Shown here: positions 29,433 to 39,097 of the stretch, one piece after another | Numbering within the stretch: the first letter of the stretch is position 1 | How the letters are laid out: every line of letters starts with the position of its first letter | DNA from: Candidatus Parcubacteria bacterium | GTDB lineage: Bacteria > Patescibacteriota > Minisyncoccia > Phycocordibacterales > JAKFXT01 | Reading direction: 5' to 3' | Length of the DNA stretch: 64,000 nt | NCBI GenBank assembly: GCA_021414235.1 | Contig: JAIOOV010000004.1 | Span: forward strand, 254,456 to 318,455 | Translations under genes and position numbers: made by a program | Notes under the pieces: model-generated | Seen by the model: only the letters and a program-made list of their open reading frames with translations | The model's database searches: none | What the model was told of the DNA's origin: nothing

Positions 29433-30320
29433 ATGAGTACTCAAAAAATAACCCCGCATCTCTGGTTCGACAAAGAAGCCAAGGAGGCCACCGCCTTCTA
29501 CGCTACTCTCTTTCCGGATTCCAAGGTGAATAGCGTGAATACTATTACCGGTACTCCTTCGGGAGACTGTGACATCGTCTCCTTCACGCTCGCGGGAGAG
29601 GATTTCATGGCAATCAGTGCGGGTCCCTACTTCAAGCTCAATCCCTCCATCTCGCTCTTTGTCGTCTTCGACAACGAAGCAGATATCAAGGCAACCTGGG
29701 ACAAACTCATCGAAGGAGGCAAGGCACTCATGGCCTACGACACGTATCCGTGGGCCAAGAAGTACGGCTGGCTGCAGGATAAGTATGGACTCACCTGGCA
29801 GCTCTCCTGGAGCGAGAATCACCAGCTCTCCCAGAAGATCACGCCTCTCCTCATGTTCACCAAAGAGTTCGCCGGCAAGGCAGAGCAGGCGATTAAGACC
29901 TACACGGAACTCTTCCCGGATTCTAAGATAGAGATGTCTGTGCCCTACGCAGCGGGCGAAGGCGACAAGGAAGGCTACATCAAGCATGCCCGCTTCACGC
30001 TCTGTGGGCAGGGCTTCATGGCGATGGACAGCTCAGGTCCTCACGAGTTCGTCTTTAATGAAGCTTTCTCACTCATCGTGCACTGCGATACCCAGGAGGA
30101 GATCGATCGCTACTGGGTGGCGCTCTCCGCAGTGCCTGAGTCGGAGCAGTGTGGCTGGCTCAAGGATAAGTTCGGAGTGTCTTGGCAGATCGTCCCCACG
30201 GTCATGAACGAGATGCTCGCGAGCGGGGACACAGAGAAGGTGAAGCGGGTTACAGAGGCTTTCCTCAAGATGAAGAAGTTCGACATCGCGGAGCTTGAGC
30301 GTGCTGCGAAAGGAGAATAG
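29433..30320 (+). CDS. Tandem VOC (3-demethylubiquinone-9 methyltransferase-like) protein
   Basis: KITPHLWFD, two GWL.DKYG/FG.SWQ motifs, MKKFDI. Confidence 0.88.
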   Translation: MSTQKITPHLWFDKEAKEATAFYATLFPDSKVNSVNTITGTPSGDCDIVSFTLAGEDFMAISAGPYFKLNPSISLFVVFDNEADIKATWDKLIEGGKALMAYDTYPWAKKYGWLQDKYGLTWQLSWSENHQLSQKITPLLMFTKEFAGKAEQAIKTYTELFPDSKIEMSVPYAAGEGDKEGYIKHARFTLCGQGFMAMDSSGPHEFVFNEAFSLIVHCDTQEEIDRYWVALSAVPESEQCGWLKDKFGVSWQIVPTVMNEMLASGDTEKVKRVTEAFLKMKKFDIAELERAAKGE

Positions 30321-30340
30321 TTAAATATATAAAATTAAAT

Positions 30341-30709
30341 ATGACCAAAGGAAAATACGTAGACGGATTCGTACTGGTGGTGCCGAAGAAGAACGTGGAG
30401 GCCTACAAGAAGATGGCCAAGGAAGGAGCGAGGGCGTGGATGAAGCACGGAGCGCTTGATTATAAAGAGTGCATGATGGACGACGCCACTCCTCCGAATG
30501 TCAGCCTCACGTTCCCTAAGATGACCAAGGCAAAAGAAGATGAGACCGTCTTCTTCTCCTATATCGTCTTCAATTCGAGGAAGCATCGCGACCAGGTGAA
30601 TGCCAAGGTGATGAAGGAAATGGAGACTAAATACGACAAAGACTTCAAGATGCCGTTCGATATGAAGCGTATGGCGTACGGTGGCTTTACGGTGGAAGTG
30701 AGCGCTTAG
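30341..30709 (+). CDS. DUF1428 (YbaA-like) protein
   Basis: YVDGFV..VP, HGAL.Y.EC, PFDMKRMAYGGF. Confidence 0.88.
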   Translation: MTKGKYVDGFVLVVPKKNVEAYKKMAKEGARAWMKHGALDYKECMMDDATPPNVSLTFPKMTKAKEDETVFFSYIVFNSRKHRDQVNAKVMKEMETKYDKDFKMPFDMKRMAYGGFTVEVSA

Positions 30710-30742
30710 CGTTACGGAGCGGGCGGTGTAGAGTACTGCAAC

Positions 30743-31999
30743 ATGCCTTCCGTTGAAACCAAATACGACCTGATTGTAGTGGGTGGCGGCGCCTCTGGCC
30801 TCATGGCTGCGGGGCGGGCGGCTGAGCGCGGCCTACGTGTTCTTCTGTTGGAGAAGAATCGCAAGGTAGGGGAGAAGCTGCGTATCTCCGGCGGCGGCCG
30901 TTGCAATATCACTAACGCGGAGCTTGATGAGCGTGTGCTTCTCAAGGCCTACGGCAAAGCCGAGCAATTTCTCTACTCGCTCTTCTCACAGTTCGGTGTA
31001 CAGGACACTTTTAATTTCTTCGAGTCCCGCGGGCTTCCGCTCGTAGTACAGGCGCGTAAGCGTGCGTTCCCTGCGACCGAGAAAGCAGAGGATGTGGTGC
31101 GACTGCTTCAGAAGTATGCGGGTGATGGGGGAGTCAGGGTTATGACAGCCTCACCTGTTACTCAGGTCTTGGGGGACAAGAAAGGTATCACCGGTATCGT
31201 CTGCGGTACGAATACCTATCAGGCGGACAACTATCTCTTCTCCACTGGCAGTGTCTCGCATCCGGAGACTGGCTCAACGGGAGATGGACTCTCCTGGCTC
31301 AAGGGACTCGGGCATACCGTGCTTCAACCGACGCCTACCATCGTGCCGCTTGCGGTGAAGGAGGCGTGGAGTAAGACGCTCGCGGGTGTCTCTCTTTCCT
31401 TCATGAAGATCACCTTTTTCGTGGAGGGTAAGAAAGCATTTTCTGAGACAGGTAAGATCCTGTTCACTCATTTCGGTCTCTCGGGTCCTTTGATATTGAA
31501 TAGCGCGAACAAGGTCGCCGATCTGATCCACGATGGACTAGTGACTGCGACCATTGACGCATATCCGCATACCGACCTGGGAGCGCTCGAGAAGAGCATC
31601 ATTTCGGTCTTTGATGCCAACAAGAACAAGACGTTCAAGAACATCATCTCTGAATTCGTGCCCAAGGGAACAGCAAAGGGGATACTGCTTCTCCTTGCGG
31701 AGCATATGGATATCACTACCAAGGTTCACTCGGTGAGCAAGGAGGATCGTAAGAAAGTCGTACGGCTACTCAAAGCTCTCCCGCTCACTATCGAAGGACT
31801 CATGGGATTCGATAGGGCGGTGATCGCGGATGGCGGTGTAGCGCTCGAGGAGATAGACATGCGCACTATGCGATCGAAGATTGTACCCAATCTTTTTGTG
31901 ACCGGTGACCTGCTTCACATCACCCGGCCTTCTGGTGGCTTCTCTCTCCAGCTCTGCTGGTCTACTGGTTATGTGGCAGGAAGTAGTGTCGGAATGTAG
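30743..31999 (+). CDS. HI0933/YhiN-family flavoprotein
   Basis: GGGASG, ISGGGRCNITN, TGSTGDG, LFTHFGLSGP, GGFSLQ. Confidence 0.9.
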   Translation: MPSVETKYDLIVVGGGASGLMAAGRAAERGLRVLLLEKNRKVGEKLRISGGGRCNITNAELDERVLLKAYGKAEQFLYSLFSQFGVQDTFNFFESRGLPLVVQARKRAFPATEKAEDVVRLLQKYAGDGGVRVMTASPVTQVLGDKKGITGIVCGTNTYQADNYLFSTGSVSHPETGSTGDGLSWLKGLGHTVLQPTPTIVPLAVKEAWSKTLAGVSLSFMKITFFVEGKKAFSETGKILFTHFGLSGPLILNSANKVADLIHDGLVTATIDAYPHTDLGALEKSIISVFDANKNKTFKNIISEFVPKGTAKGILLLLAEHMDITTKVHSVSKEDRKKVVRLLKALPLTIEGLMGFDRAVIADGGVALEEIDMRTMRSKIVPNLFVTGDLLHITRPSGGFSLQLCWSTGYVAGSSVGM

Positions 32000-32003
32000 A
32001 CGC

Positions 32004-32513
32004 TTACTCTTTTGTATTCAAATTAGCTTCGAAGTAGACACTATCCACCCACTCGTCTCCGACCTGCATAGTGCGCTCCTTCCTACCAGTTTCTACAAAG
32101 CCATTCTTGGTGAGTAGACGGATGCTACGTTCATTGCGAGGATCTACGTCTGCCAAGACCTTGGGGATACCTCTCTCTGCTGCACGCTTCAGAATCGCTT
32201 GTACCGCTTCGCTCGCTATGCCCATGCCCCAGACGCTGGGGGAGAAGATGAACCCAATCTCCTGATTGTCCCAGAGGCCAGCTTTACCCACGACTCTGTT
32301 CTGGTAGAGGACGACGAAGTCGTCTCCACGTCCTTCTTCTGTGGTCTTGATCGTATTTCGTACGAATTTTTCTGTTTCCGCAATGCTCTGGTGGGGAGGG
32401 GTGGACCAGAAACGCATCGCTTCTTTGTCCGCGAAGATGGGATGGAGAAAGGCAGCGCCCTCTTCTTTGAAGTGACGTAGCGTCAGGCGAGCTGTGGTAA
32501 GAGTGTCTTCCAA
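32004..32513 (-). CDS. RimJ/RimL-type GNAT acetyltransferase
   Basis: T.RL.LR, EIGF, WG.G.ASEA, DPRNERS..LL.K.GF. Confidence 0.85.
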   Translation of the reverse strand: MEDTLTTARLTLRHFKEEGAAFLHPIFADKEAMRFWSTPPHQSIAETEKFVRNTIKTTEEGRGDDFVVLYQNRVVGKAGLWDNQEIGFIFSPSVWGMGIASEAVQAILKRAAERGIPKVLADVDPRNERSIRLLTKNGFVETGRKERTMQVGDEWVDSVYFEANLNTKE

Positions 32514-32517
32514 GATC

Positions 32518-33645
32518 TTATTCTAGCGAAGCGAGAGCTTCTTTGGCTGCAGGCAGGTTCTTGTGATACAGAAGAGCCTTCTCGAACTCCGCGCGGGCTA
32601 GGTCAGACTTACCTTGCTTTTGGTAGCTTTTGCCTTTGAAGAGGTAGAGCTCGCTGTAGGCCCGGTTGCCGTCGTTCAATATATTGTCCGAGAGGGAGAA
32701 GACGCGAGCGTAGTTGCCGACATGATAGTAGGCCTCGATCGGTTCCATCTGGTACCACATGGTGCGGCGGGCGAGTTTGCTCTCGACTTTCTCATACTCC
32801 GCTACTGAGCGGGCGTAGTCGCCGAGGTAGTAGTAAGCGGTGGCGAGATTGAAGCGGGCCTTGGTGTCATTGGCATTCGTAGCGAGTTGGCTCTCGGCAA
32901 TCTTGATCGCCTTCTGCCAGGATGCTTTTGCATCTTTGCTCTCGCCGAGCGCGGCGTCTAAGCTCGCCTTATCCTTGGGATCAGCCATGACCACATACGC
33001 GTAGTTGAACGGTTTCCAAATCGCATTGAATTCGGCGTAGGTGTACGCCTTGTCCTTGCCTTGATATGAATCGTCCTGGATGATCACGCCACGTGCATCA
33101 TCGTAGCCGCGGATGACGCGATAGTGTGCGAAATCTTCGGTGGAATTGAGGAGGGTGCGGATGAGGACGGGATGGCCAGCAGCTAAGATTCTTTTGAGAG
33201 TATCGATATCGCCGCCGCCACGGTAATAGGCGACTAGGCCACGACGCTCTGCTTCCGCTGCGAGTTCGGGAGGAGGTGTGGACTTGTCGTCGTCGATACC
33301 CTGGAGATTGTTGTTGGGGCGGAGTACTGCTGCGAGCTTCTCCTGGCTGACATTTATATCGTAATAGGAGAGGGCGATGGAGAGACCTGCTGCGGCGCAG
33401 TTATTAAACGTCTGGAAGACATGGTAGCCGCTCGTAAGGAGTTTCTGCTTGGGAAGCGGGCCGCCAGAGGTTGCAGGCTTGCCGGATCCTGGCATCTCTG
33501 CGGCAGGAGTACCTCCGATGGTGAAGGTAGGCTCGGACCGGGCTCGCTCCTTGCCCTGGGCGAGGAAATAGAAAGCGCCACCGAAGCATAAGCTCAGGAA
33601 TACGCTGAGAGTGATAGCTATCTGTTTGAAGCTCATATCCTGCAT
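32518..33645 (-). CDS. Membrane-anchored C39-like peptidase with C-terminal TPRs
   Basis: QTFNNC, HYRVIRGYD, QDDS; TPR helices. Confidence 0.8.
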   Translation of the reverse strand: MQDMSFKQIAITLSVFLSLCFGGAFYFLAQGKERARSEPTFTIGGTPAAEMPGSGKPATSGGPLPKQKLLTSGYHVFQTFNNCAAAGLSIALSYYDINVSQEKLAAVLRPNNNLQGIDDDKSTPPPELAAEAERRGLVAYYRGGGDIDTLKRILAAGHPVLIRTLLNSTEDFAHYRVIRGYDDARGVIIQDDSYQGKDKAYTYAEFNAIWKPFNYAYVVMADPKDKASLDAALGESKDAKASWQKAIKIAESQLATNANDTKARFNLATAYYYLGDYARSVAEYEKVESKLARRTMWYQMEPIEAYYHVGNYARVFSLSDNILNDGNRAYSELYLFKGKSYQKQGKSDLARAEFEKALLYHKNLPAAKEALASLE

Positions 33646-33729
33646 GCGCCTATACTACCTTTACCTAAGCGGGGACGTAAGTGGGTCAGATTTCTTTCCC
33701 TGGAGCGTCAAAATGCTAGACTAAATACT

Positions 33730-33948
33730 ATGAATACACAGACCATCTCTCTTGGGGTAATAGTGCTACTTGCTCTCGGTATCGTAGGCTACTTTGTCTA
33801 CAAGGATGGTGCTACCAAGGAGATCACTACGTTCGAGGAATGTGCGGCGGCGGGCTACCCCATTATGGAGTCATATCCAGAACAGTGTCGCACACCGGAT
33901 GGTAAGACCTTCGCGCGCTTCACGCAGCAGGTCATCCCGAGCCTATGA
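33730..33948 (+). CDS. Small membrane-anchored two-Cys protein
   Basis: TM helix, then FEECAAAGYPIMESYPEQCRTPDGKTF. Confidence 0.7.
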   Translation: MNTQTISLGVIVLLALGIVGYFVYKDGATKEITTFEECAAAGYPIMESYPEQCRTPDGKTFARFTQQVIPSL

Positions 33949-33963
33949 GCGGGAAGGAACGTC

Positions 33964-34350
33964 ATGACCCTAGAGCGATTCGAAGAAGCTGCTGCCGAAG
34001 CCTTTGAGAAGATCCCGGAGAAGTTCCGGAAACAAATGAAGAACGTGGCGCTCCTCGTAGAGAGTGAGCCGGACGAAGAGACTCTGCGCGAAGAGGGATT
34101 GGAAGAGGGAGGTACGCTCCTCGGACTCTATCGCGGCATTCCCAATACGGAGCGCGGCGCCTACTACGGGGTAGGGCCGACGTTGCCGGATACCATCACG
34201 CTCTATCAGCTACCTATCGAGGAAGAGGCGGAGTTCTCTCAAAAATCAATCGAGCAAGTGCTCTATGAGACGCTCTGGCACGAGATCGCACATTACTTCG
34301 GCTTTGACGAGGGGTCCGTGAGAGAAGAAGAGGGGAAGCGATTCAACTGA
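33964..34350 (+). CDS. Minimal zincin metallopeptidase
   Basis: LLGLY.G, PD.ITLYQ.PI, HEIAHYFG. Confidence 0.85.
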   Translation: MTLERFEEAAAEAFEKIPEKFRKQMKNVALLVESEPDEETLREEGLEEGGTLLGLYRGIPNTERGAYYGVGPTLPDTITLYQLPIEEEAEFSQKSIEQVLYETLWHEIAHYFGFDEGSVREEEGKRFN

Positions 34351-34373
34351 TTTCCTTTTGCTACAATTACGCC

Positions 34374-35465
34374 ATGATCGAATATCTCAAATCCCATCCA
34401 CGTGTGAGAGAGTGGCTCGCTCTCGCGGAGCGTTATGAGCGGCACATCGGCGTGGGGGCGCTCCTCTTCGGCTTTGTCTTCGACACGCTCACCCTGGGAC
34501 GCCCCGACCAGCTTTTTGGGAACGTTACCCTCACTGCATACTTGCTCATCTCCGCAGGCTGCATCCTTTATCTCACTCTGGCAGCTAGGCGGGGAGTAGA
34601 AGTGCCGCCTGTTCTGGCGCTTATCCTGCTCCAGTTCTGTTTCGGTAACCTGGCTGGCGGACTCCTGGTGCTTTACGGACAGAGCGGCACGTTCGAGGGA
34701 AGCCTGCTCTTCTTCATCGTCCTTGGCGCCTTCATCCTGGGGAATGAGATGTTGCGCCAGCGCTACGCGCGTCTCAATTTCAATATCTCTGCCTGGTTCT
34801 TCCTCTTGCTCGCGTACCTTGCTTTGGTGGTTCCCATTCTTGTTGGACGTCTCGGGACGCTGGTCTTCCTCCTCTCGGGTTTCTTGTCGGTAGCCCTTCT
34901 TGCGGGCCTTCTCTTCTTGCTCTACAAGCTCTCGCCCATGAGTTTTGAAGGCATGAAGCGCAAGCTAGCTGTTTACCTCGGTAGCGTCTTCGTGGCGTAC
35001 AACGCATTGTATTTCCTCAACATCATCCCGCCGGTCCCGCTCTCGCTCCAGGCGATCGGTATCTATCACTCGGTCACGCATACGGGAGGGGAGTACGTAG
35101 TCGAATATGAGAAGCCGCGCTGGTATGAATTCTTCCGCAGCACGCACCGCACCTATGGCTACGTTCCGGGGAAGCCGGCGTATTGCTTTAGCTCCGTGTT
35201 CGCGCCCTCCGGCCTCTCTACTCCTATCAGCCATCGCTGGGAGCGCTACGATGAAGTAGTCGGGAAATGGCAGACTGCGACCCTACTCTCCTTCTCCATC
35301 AGTGGCGGACGGAATAACGGGTATCGCGGCTACAGTCAGAAATATGGCTTAAGCCCTGGTAAGTGGCGCTGCTCCGTGGAGACGGCGCGCGGTGCGCTCA
35401 TCGGGCGTACGACCTTCACGGTGACGGAAGCGCCGCCTGAGAGGCTAACTACTGAGAGCATCTGA
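34374..35465 (+). CDS. Multi-TM protein with DUF2914-like C-terminal domain
   Basis: IPPVPLSL, VFAP, H.W, GGR..GYRGYS, GKWR. Confidence 0.75.
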   Translation: MIEYLKSHPRVREWLALAERYERHIGVGALLFGFVFDTLTLGRPDQLFGNVTLTAYLLISAGCILYLTLAARRGVEVPPVLALILLQFCFGNLAGGLLVLYGQSGTFEGSLLFFIVLGAFILGNEMLRQRYARLNFNISAWFFLLLAYLALVVPILVGRLGTLVFLLSGFLSVALLAGLLFLLYKLSPMSFEGMKRKLAVYLGSVFVAYNALYFLNIIPPVPLSLQAIGIYHSVTHTGGEYVVEYEKPRWYEFFRSTHRTYGYVPGKPAYCFSSVFAPSGLSTPISHRWERYDEVVGKWQTATLLSFSISGGRNNGYRGYSQKYGLSPGKWRCSVETARGALIGRTTFTVTEAPPERLTTESI

Positions 35466-35467
35466 TT

Positions 35468-36046
35468 ATGTCTGATTTCTTCAATCGCTTGACCCTGTGG
35501 CACTACGCAGCTCTCGCACTCGGGCTTTTTGTGCTGCAGGCTCTGGTGCTTCATTTCATGGGGCAGCCGGCCATCTGTACTTGTGGCTACGTGAAGCTCT
35601 GGGAGAATGTGGTGCTCTCCCCGGGCAATTCTCAGCACCTGAGTGACTGGTATACCTTCTCGCATCTGGCGCACGGGGTCATCTTCTACTACCTCCTCTC
35701 CCGCTTCGCTCCGCGGGTTCCACTCGGTGCACGTCTCTTGCTCGCTTTCGGTATAGAACTCTCTTGGGAGATCTTTGAGAATACGGATATGATCATTAAC
35801 CGCTATCGCGAGAGCGCGCTCGCTCAGGGGTACATAGGGGACAGCATCCTCAATTCGCTCATGGATTCTATTGCCATGGTCTTAGGCTTCTTCGCCGCCT
35901 GGCGCTTCCCGGTATGGGTCACGGTGGCGCTCCTTATCGGCGTAGAGCTTTTTGTGGGCTACATGATCCGCGACAATCTCCTTCTTAACGTCATCCAGCT
36001 CCTCCATCCGTTCGATTTCATAAACGAGTGGCAGACTGCTGGTTGA
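35468..36046 (+). CDS. DUF2585 (UPF0314) membrane protein
   Basis: ICTCGYVKLW, NSQHLSDWYTFSH..HG, RDNL.LN. Confidence 0.85.
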   Translation: MSDFFNRLTLWHYAALALGLFVLQALVLHFMGQPAICTCGYVKLWENVVLSPGNSQHLSDWYTFSHLAHGVIFYYLLSRFAPRVPLGARLLLAFGIELSWEIFENTDMIINRYRESALAQGYIGDSILNSLMDSIAMVLGFFAAWRFPVWVTVALLIGVELFVGYMIRDNLLLNVIQLLHPFDFINEWQTAG

Positions 36047-36072
36047 TCTTCCGGACGTAGCTCCGCATCGTC

Positions 36073-36657
36073 ATGTCCATCCATACTATCCGTATAGCGG
36101 CGATGATCATTTGGGGGAGCCTCTTGTCCGTCACTCTCTACGCCTACTTCTTCCATACGGAGGCATTCCACGTGCTGATTGAGAGTGCGGTGGGCGTGCA
36201 TCTGTGGTGGGCGTATCTGGTTTTCTTCCTGCTCGGTTCTCTGCGGGGCTTCACCTTCATACCCTCTACCTACCTCATCGTATTAGGCTTCTTCTTTTTC
36301 GATCCGCTGCCGCTCTACCTCTTCCTCATCGCGGGCATCATGGTCTCCTCCGCCTCGATATATCACTTTTCGCACCTCTTAGGGCTCGATGACTTCTTCG
36401 AGAAGAAGCACTTTGCTCAGATCACCTGGATCAAGAAGAAGCTTACGGAATATGAGCTGCCCATCATCATCGGATGGAGTTTTATGCTTTTTCTGCCTAC
36501 GGATCTCCTCTCGTATGTATGCGGTAGCCTCCGGATCAATTTCCACAAATTCCTCCTCGGCGTGTTTATAGGGGAATCGCTCGTGTGTGCCGTCTACATA
36601 TTTGGCGCACAGTACTTCCTAGATATCTGCGGGGGATATTCCTGGTGCTTCCTCTAA
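36073..36657 (+). CDS. VTT/DedA-like membrane protein
   Basis: Hydrophobic; P.DL.SY..G...I.F.KF. Confidence 0.7.
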   Translation: MSIHTIRIAAMIIWGSLLSVTLYAYFFHTEAFHVLIESAVGVHLWWAYLVFFLLGSLRGFTFIPSTYLIVLGFFFFDPLPLYLFLIAGIMVSSASIYHFSHLLGLDDFFEKKHFAQITWIKKKLTEYELPIIIGWSFMLFLPTDLLSYVCGSLRINFHKFLLGVFIGESLVCAVYIFGAQYFLDICGGYSWCFL

Positions 36658-36660
36658 TTG

Positions 36661-37413
36661 TTAAAGTCCGAGGCTCGCGAGAAAGGTCTTGAGCTCTTCG
36701 CCCTCAAGACGGCGGTAGCTTCCGGCGGGGGTGTTGCCGAGTTCCACGTTCATGATGCGGATGCGGGTGAGCGTCTCCACGTCGTTGCCGAGTGCCGCGC
36801 ACATGCGTCTGATCTGGTGCTTCTTGCCTTCGGTGAGGATGATTTTGAAAGTGCGTTCGTCTACGATTTCTACTTTGCACTCTTTGGTCGTGTAGTCTTC
36901 GATAAATACGCCGCGTTCCATGCGGGTCTTCCAGTTGTTGGCCAAGGTCTTGCGCACGGTGACTACGTACTCCTTGTCGTGCTCGTATTCTGGATTGAGC
37001 AGGCGGTCGGTGATGCGACCGTCGTTGGTGAGGATGAGGAGGCCACTCGAATCCTTGTCGAGGCGTCCTACAGGGAAGACGGAAGAGAGGGGGATGGAGC
37101 TCCTAATGTCCTTCTCGCCCTTCTGCGGGGAGTGGGTGATGATGCCGACCGGCTTGTGGTAGGCGAGGTAGATGTGCTCTTTGGGCTTCTTGTTATCCCT
37201 CACTTCCACAAGGTCGTCCTCTTCTACCTTGGCGCCGAGCACGGCGAGCTCGCCGTTTAAGTACACTTTCTTAGCTTCGATGAGGGCGTCCGCACCCGTG
37301 CGGGTGGCGTACCCCTTGTGGGCCAAGTATTTGTTGATGCGCATGGGGAAGAGGGGCTTCTCCAGAGCCTTGGGTGCCTCTCTGCGGGGGAATCGGGGGG
37401 CGCTTCCTTTCAT
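36661..37413 (-). CDS. RsuA/RluB/RluF-family rRNA pseudouridine synthase
   Basis: S4 RINKYLA, GRLDKDSSGL, EGKKHQIRRM. Confidence 0.92.
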   Translation of the reverse strand: MKGSAPRFPRREAPKALEKPLFPMRINKYLAHKGYATRTGADALIEAKKVYLNGELAVLGAKVEEDDLVEVRDNKKPKEHIYLAYHKPVGIITHSPQKGEKDIRSSIPLSSVFPVGRLDKDSSGLLILTNDGRITDRLLNPEYEHDKEYVVTVRKTLANNWKTRMERGVFIEDYTTKECKVEIVDERTFKIILTEGKKHQIRRMCAALGNDVETLTRIRIMNVELGNTPAGSYRRLEGEELKTFLASLGL

Positions 37414-37434
37414 GCGGGGGAGTATAGCATAACG

Positions 37435-37629
37435 TTGACATTTAAGGCGATTTTTGGTACTATACGGGAGTAAGCATATCTCATTTTTCGGCCTAGTTAA
37501 GGGACGGAAGGGCGCTCGCCCTCCAAGCGAAATGGTGAGATTCTCGTCACCTTACGTTTATTACAGACAGACGAGCTTCTCTCGAAGGGAAGGAAGAGCG
37601 GACATAACGGTCCGCTTGCAGCAGAGTTT
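37435..37629 (+). promoter_or_regulatory. Promoter plus ~160-nt structured 5' leader of the DEAD-box helicase
   Basis: TTGACA-N17-TACTAT, then several stems. Confidence 0.65.
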
Positions 37630-38832
37630 ATGTACCAACAGCGACACACAGGTTTCCGCGGAGGTTCCCGCCCTACACACAATCGTGGCTACGCACCGCG
37701 TGGCGGCGCTCGCCGTGGTGCGCCGAAAGGCGACCGCATCGACGTCTCCAAGTTCATCAATAAGGCGGTCATCACCGAGGAGATTGAGCATTTCGTACCT
37801 GAGCACCAGATCAGTGATTTCGTCATTGATGAGCGTCTCAAGGCGAACATCATGGCCAAGGGCTACAAGCAGCCGACCCCTATCCAGGACCGCGCCATCC
37901 CGCATGCGCTCCGTGGCTCTGACATCGTGGGTATCGCTAACACCGGCACCGGCAAGACCGCAGCCTTCCTCATTCCGCTCATCGACAAGGTTCTGAAGGA
38001 CCCCAAGCAGAACATACTCGTGGTGGCTCCTACCCGCGAACTCGCGGTTCAGATCCAGTCCGAGCTCCGCGGCTTCACCACCAAGCTCAACATCTTCTCC
38101 GTTTGTTGCGTGGGAGGGGCGCCCATCGGCCGCCAGCTCTCCGAGCTCCGCTACAAGAATAACTTCATTATCGGTACCCCAGGACGCCTCAAGGACCTCA
38201 TCGAGCGCGGCGCCATCAACCTGGGCACCTTTAGCACCATCGTGCTCGACGAAGCGGACCGCATGCTCGATATGGGCTTCATCAACGACATGAAGTACCT
38301 CATGGAGAAGATGCCTAAGCCTCGCCACACGCTCTTCTTCTCCGCGACTCTATCGCGCGAGATCGAAGCGCTCATCGGTGCGTTCCTCTTTGAACCGGTA
38401 CGTATCTCCGTGAAGACCCGCGATACCTCCAAGAACATCGACCAGGACATCGTGCGCGTGAAGGGTACGGAGAAGATGGACGTGCTCCACGATCTCCTCT
38501 CTCAGGAGGGCTTCCACAAGGTGCTCGTCTTCGGACGTACCAAGCATGGCGTGGAGAAGCTCGCCATGGAACTCAACAAGCGCGGCTTCAAGGCTGATTC
38601 CATCCATGGCAACAAGAGCTTCTCTCAGCGCGTGCGCGCCCTCACCGCGTTCAAGACGCACAAGGTGCAGGTGCTCGTGGCGACCGACGTGGCTGCTCGT
38701 GGCCTCGACATCGCGGACGTGAGCCATGTGATCAACTACGACCTTCCGACCACCTACGACGATTACGTGCACCGCATCGGCCGTACTGGCCGCGGCGACA
38801 AGACCGGCAAAGCCCTCACCTTCGTCGACTAA
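37630..38832 (+). CDS. DEAD-box RNA helicase
   Basis: PTPIQ, TGTGKT, PTRELA, TPGR, DEAD, SAT, ARGLD, HRIGRTGR. Confidence 0.96.
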   Translation: MYQQRHTGFRGGSRPTHNRGYAPRGGARRGAPKGDRIDVSKFINKAVITEEIEHFVPEHQISDFVIDERLKANIMAKGYKQPTPIQDRAIPHALRGSDIVGIANTGTGKTAAFLIPLIDKVLKDPKQNILVVAPTRELAVQIQSELRGFTTKLNIFSVCCVGGAPIGRQLSELRYKNNFIIGTPGRLKDLIERGAINLGTFSTIVLDEADRMLDMGFINDMKYLMEKMPKPRHTLFFSATLSREIEALIGAFLFEPVRISVKTRDTSKNIDQDIVRVKGTEKMDVLHDLLSQEGFHKVLVFGRTKHGVEKLAMELNKRGFKADSIHGNKSFSQRVRALTAFKTHKVQVLVATDVAARGLDIADVSHVINYDLPTTYDDYVHRIGRTGRGDKTGKALTFVD

Positions 38833-38856
38833 ACGGCAGTAATTAACCCTTGCTTT

Positions 38857-39036
38857 ATGAACAACGCACCTAAGATCTCGAAGACCTTCCAGAAGGACGG
38901 CCACTGGATCGAAAAGCCCTCCCGCACGGAGATCCTGGTGTGCACCTGCGGAAGCAAGTACATCAAGACTCGTCCGGAACAGAACCTCTGCCTCCGTTGC
39001 TTCGGCGGCAAGGTGCCCCCGCAGAAAGTGAAGTAA
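38857..39036 (+). CDS. 59-aa Cys-rich microprotein, absent from the ORF track
   Basis: MNNAPK...VCTCGSKY...LCLRCF...KVK; fills the gap between helicase and terminator. Confidence 0.7.
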   Translation: MNNAPKISKTFQKDGHWIEKPSRTEILVCTCGSKYIKTRPEQNLCLRCFGGKVPPQKVK

Positions 39037-39056
39037 CTCCTGGTAATTTAAAAGAA

Positions 39057-39093
39057 AGGAAGCCCCGGCGCGCATCGCGTGCCGGGGCTTCTT
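39057..39093. terminator. Bidirectional terminator
   Basis: GAAGCCCCGGCGCG-CAT-CGCGTGCCGGGGCTTC. Confidence 0.75.
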
Positions 39094-39097
39094 CGTC

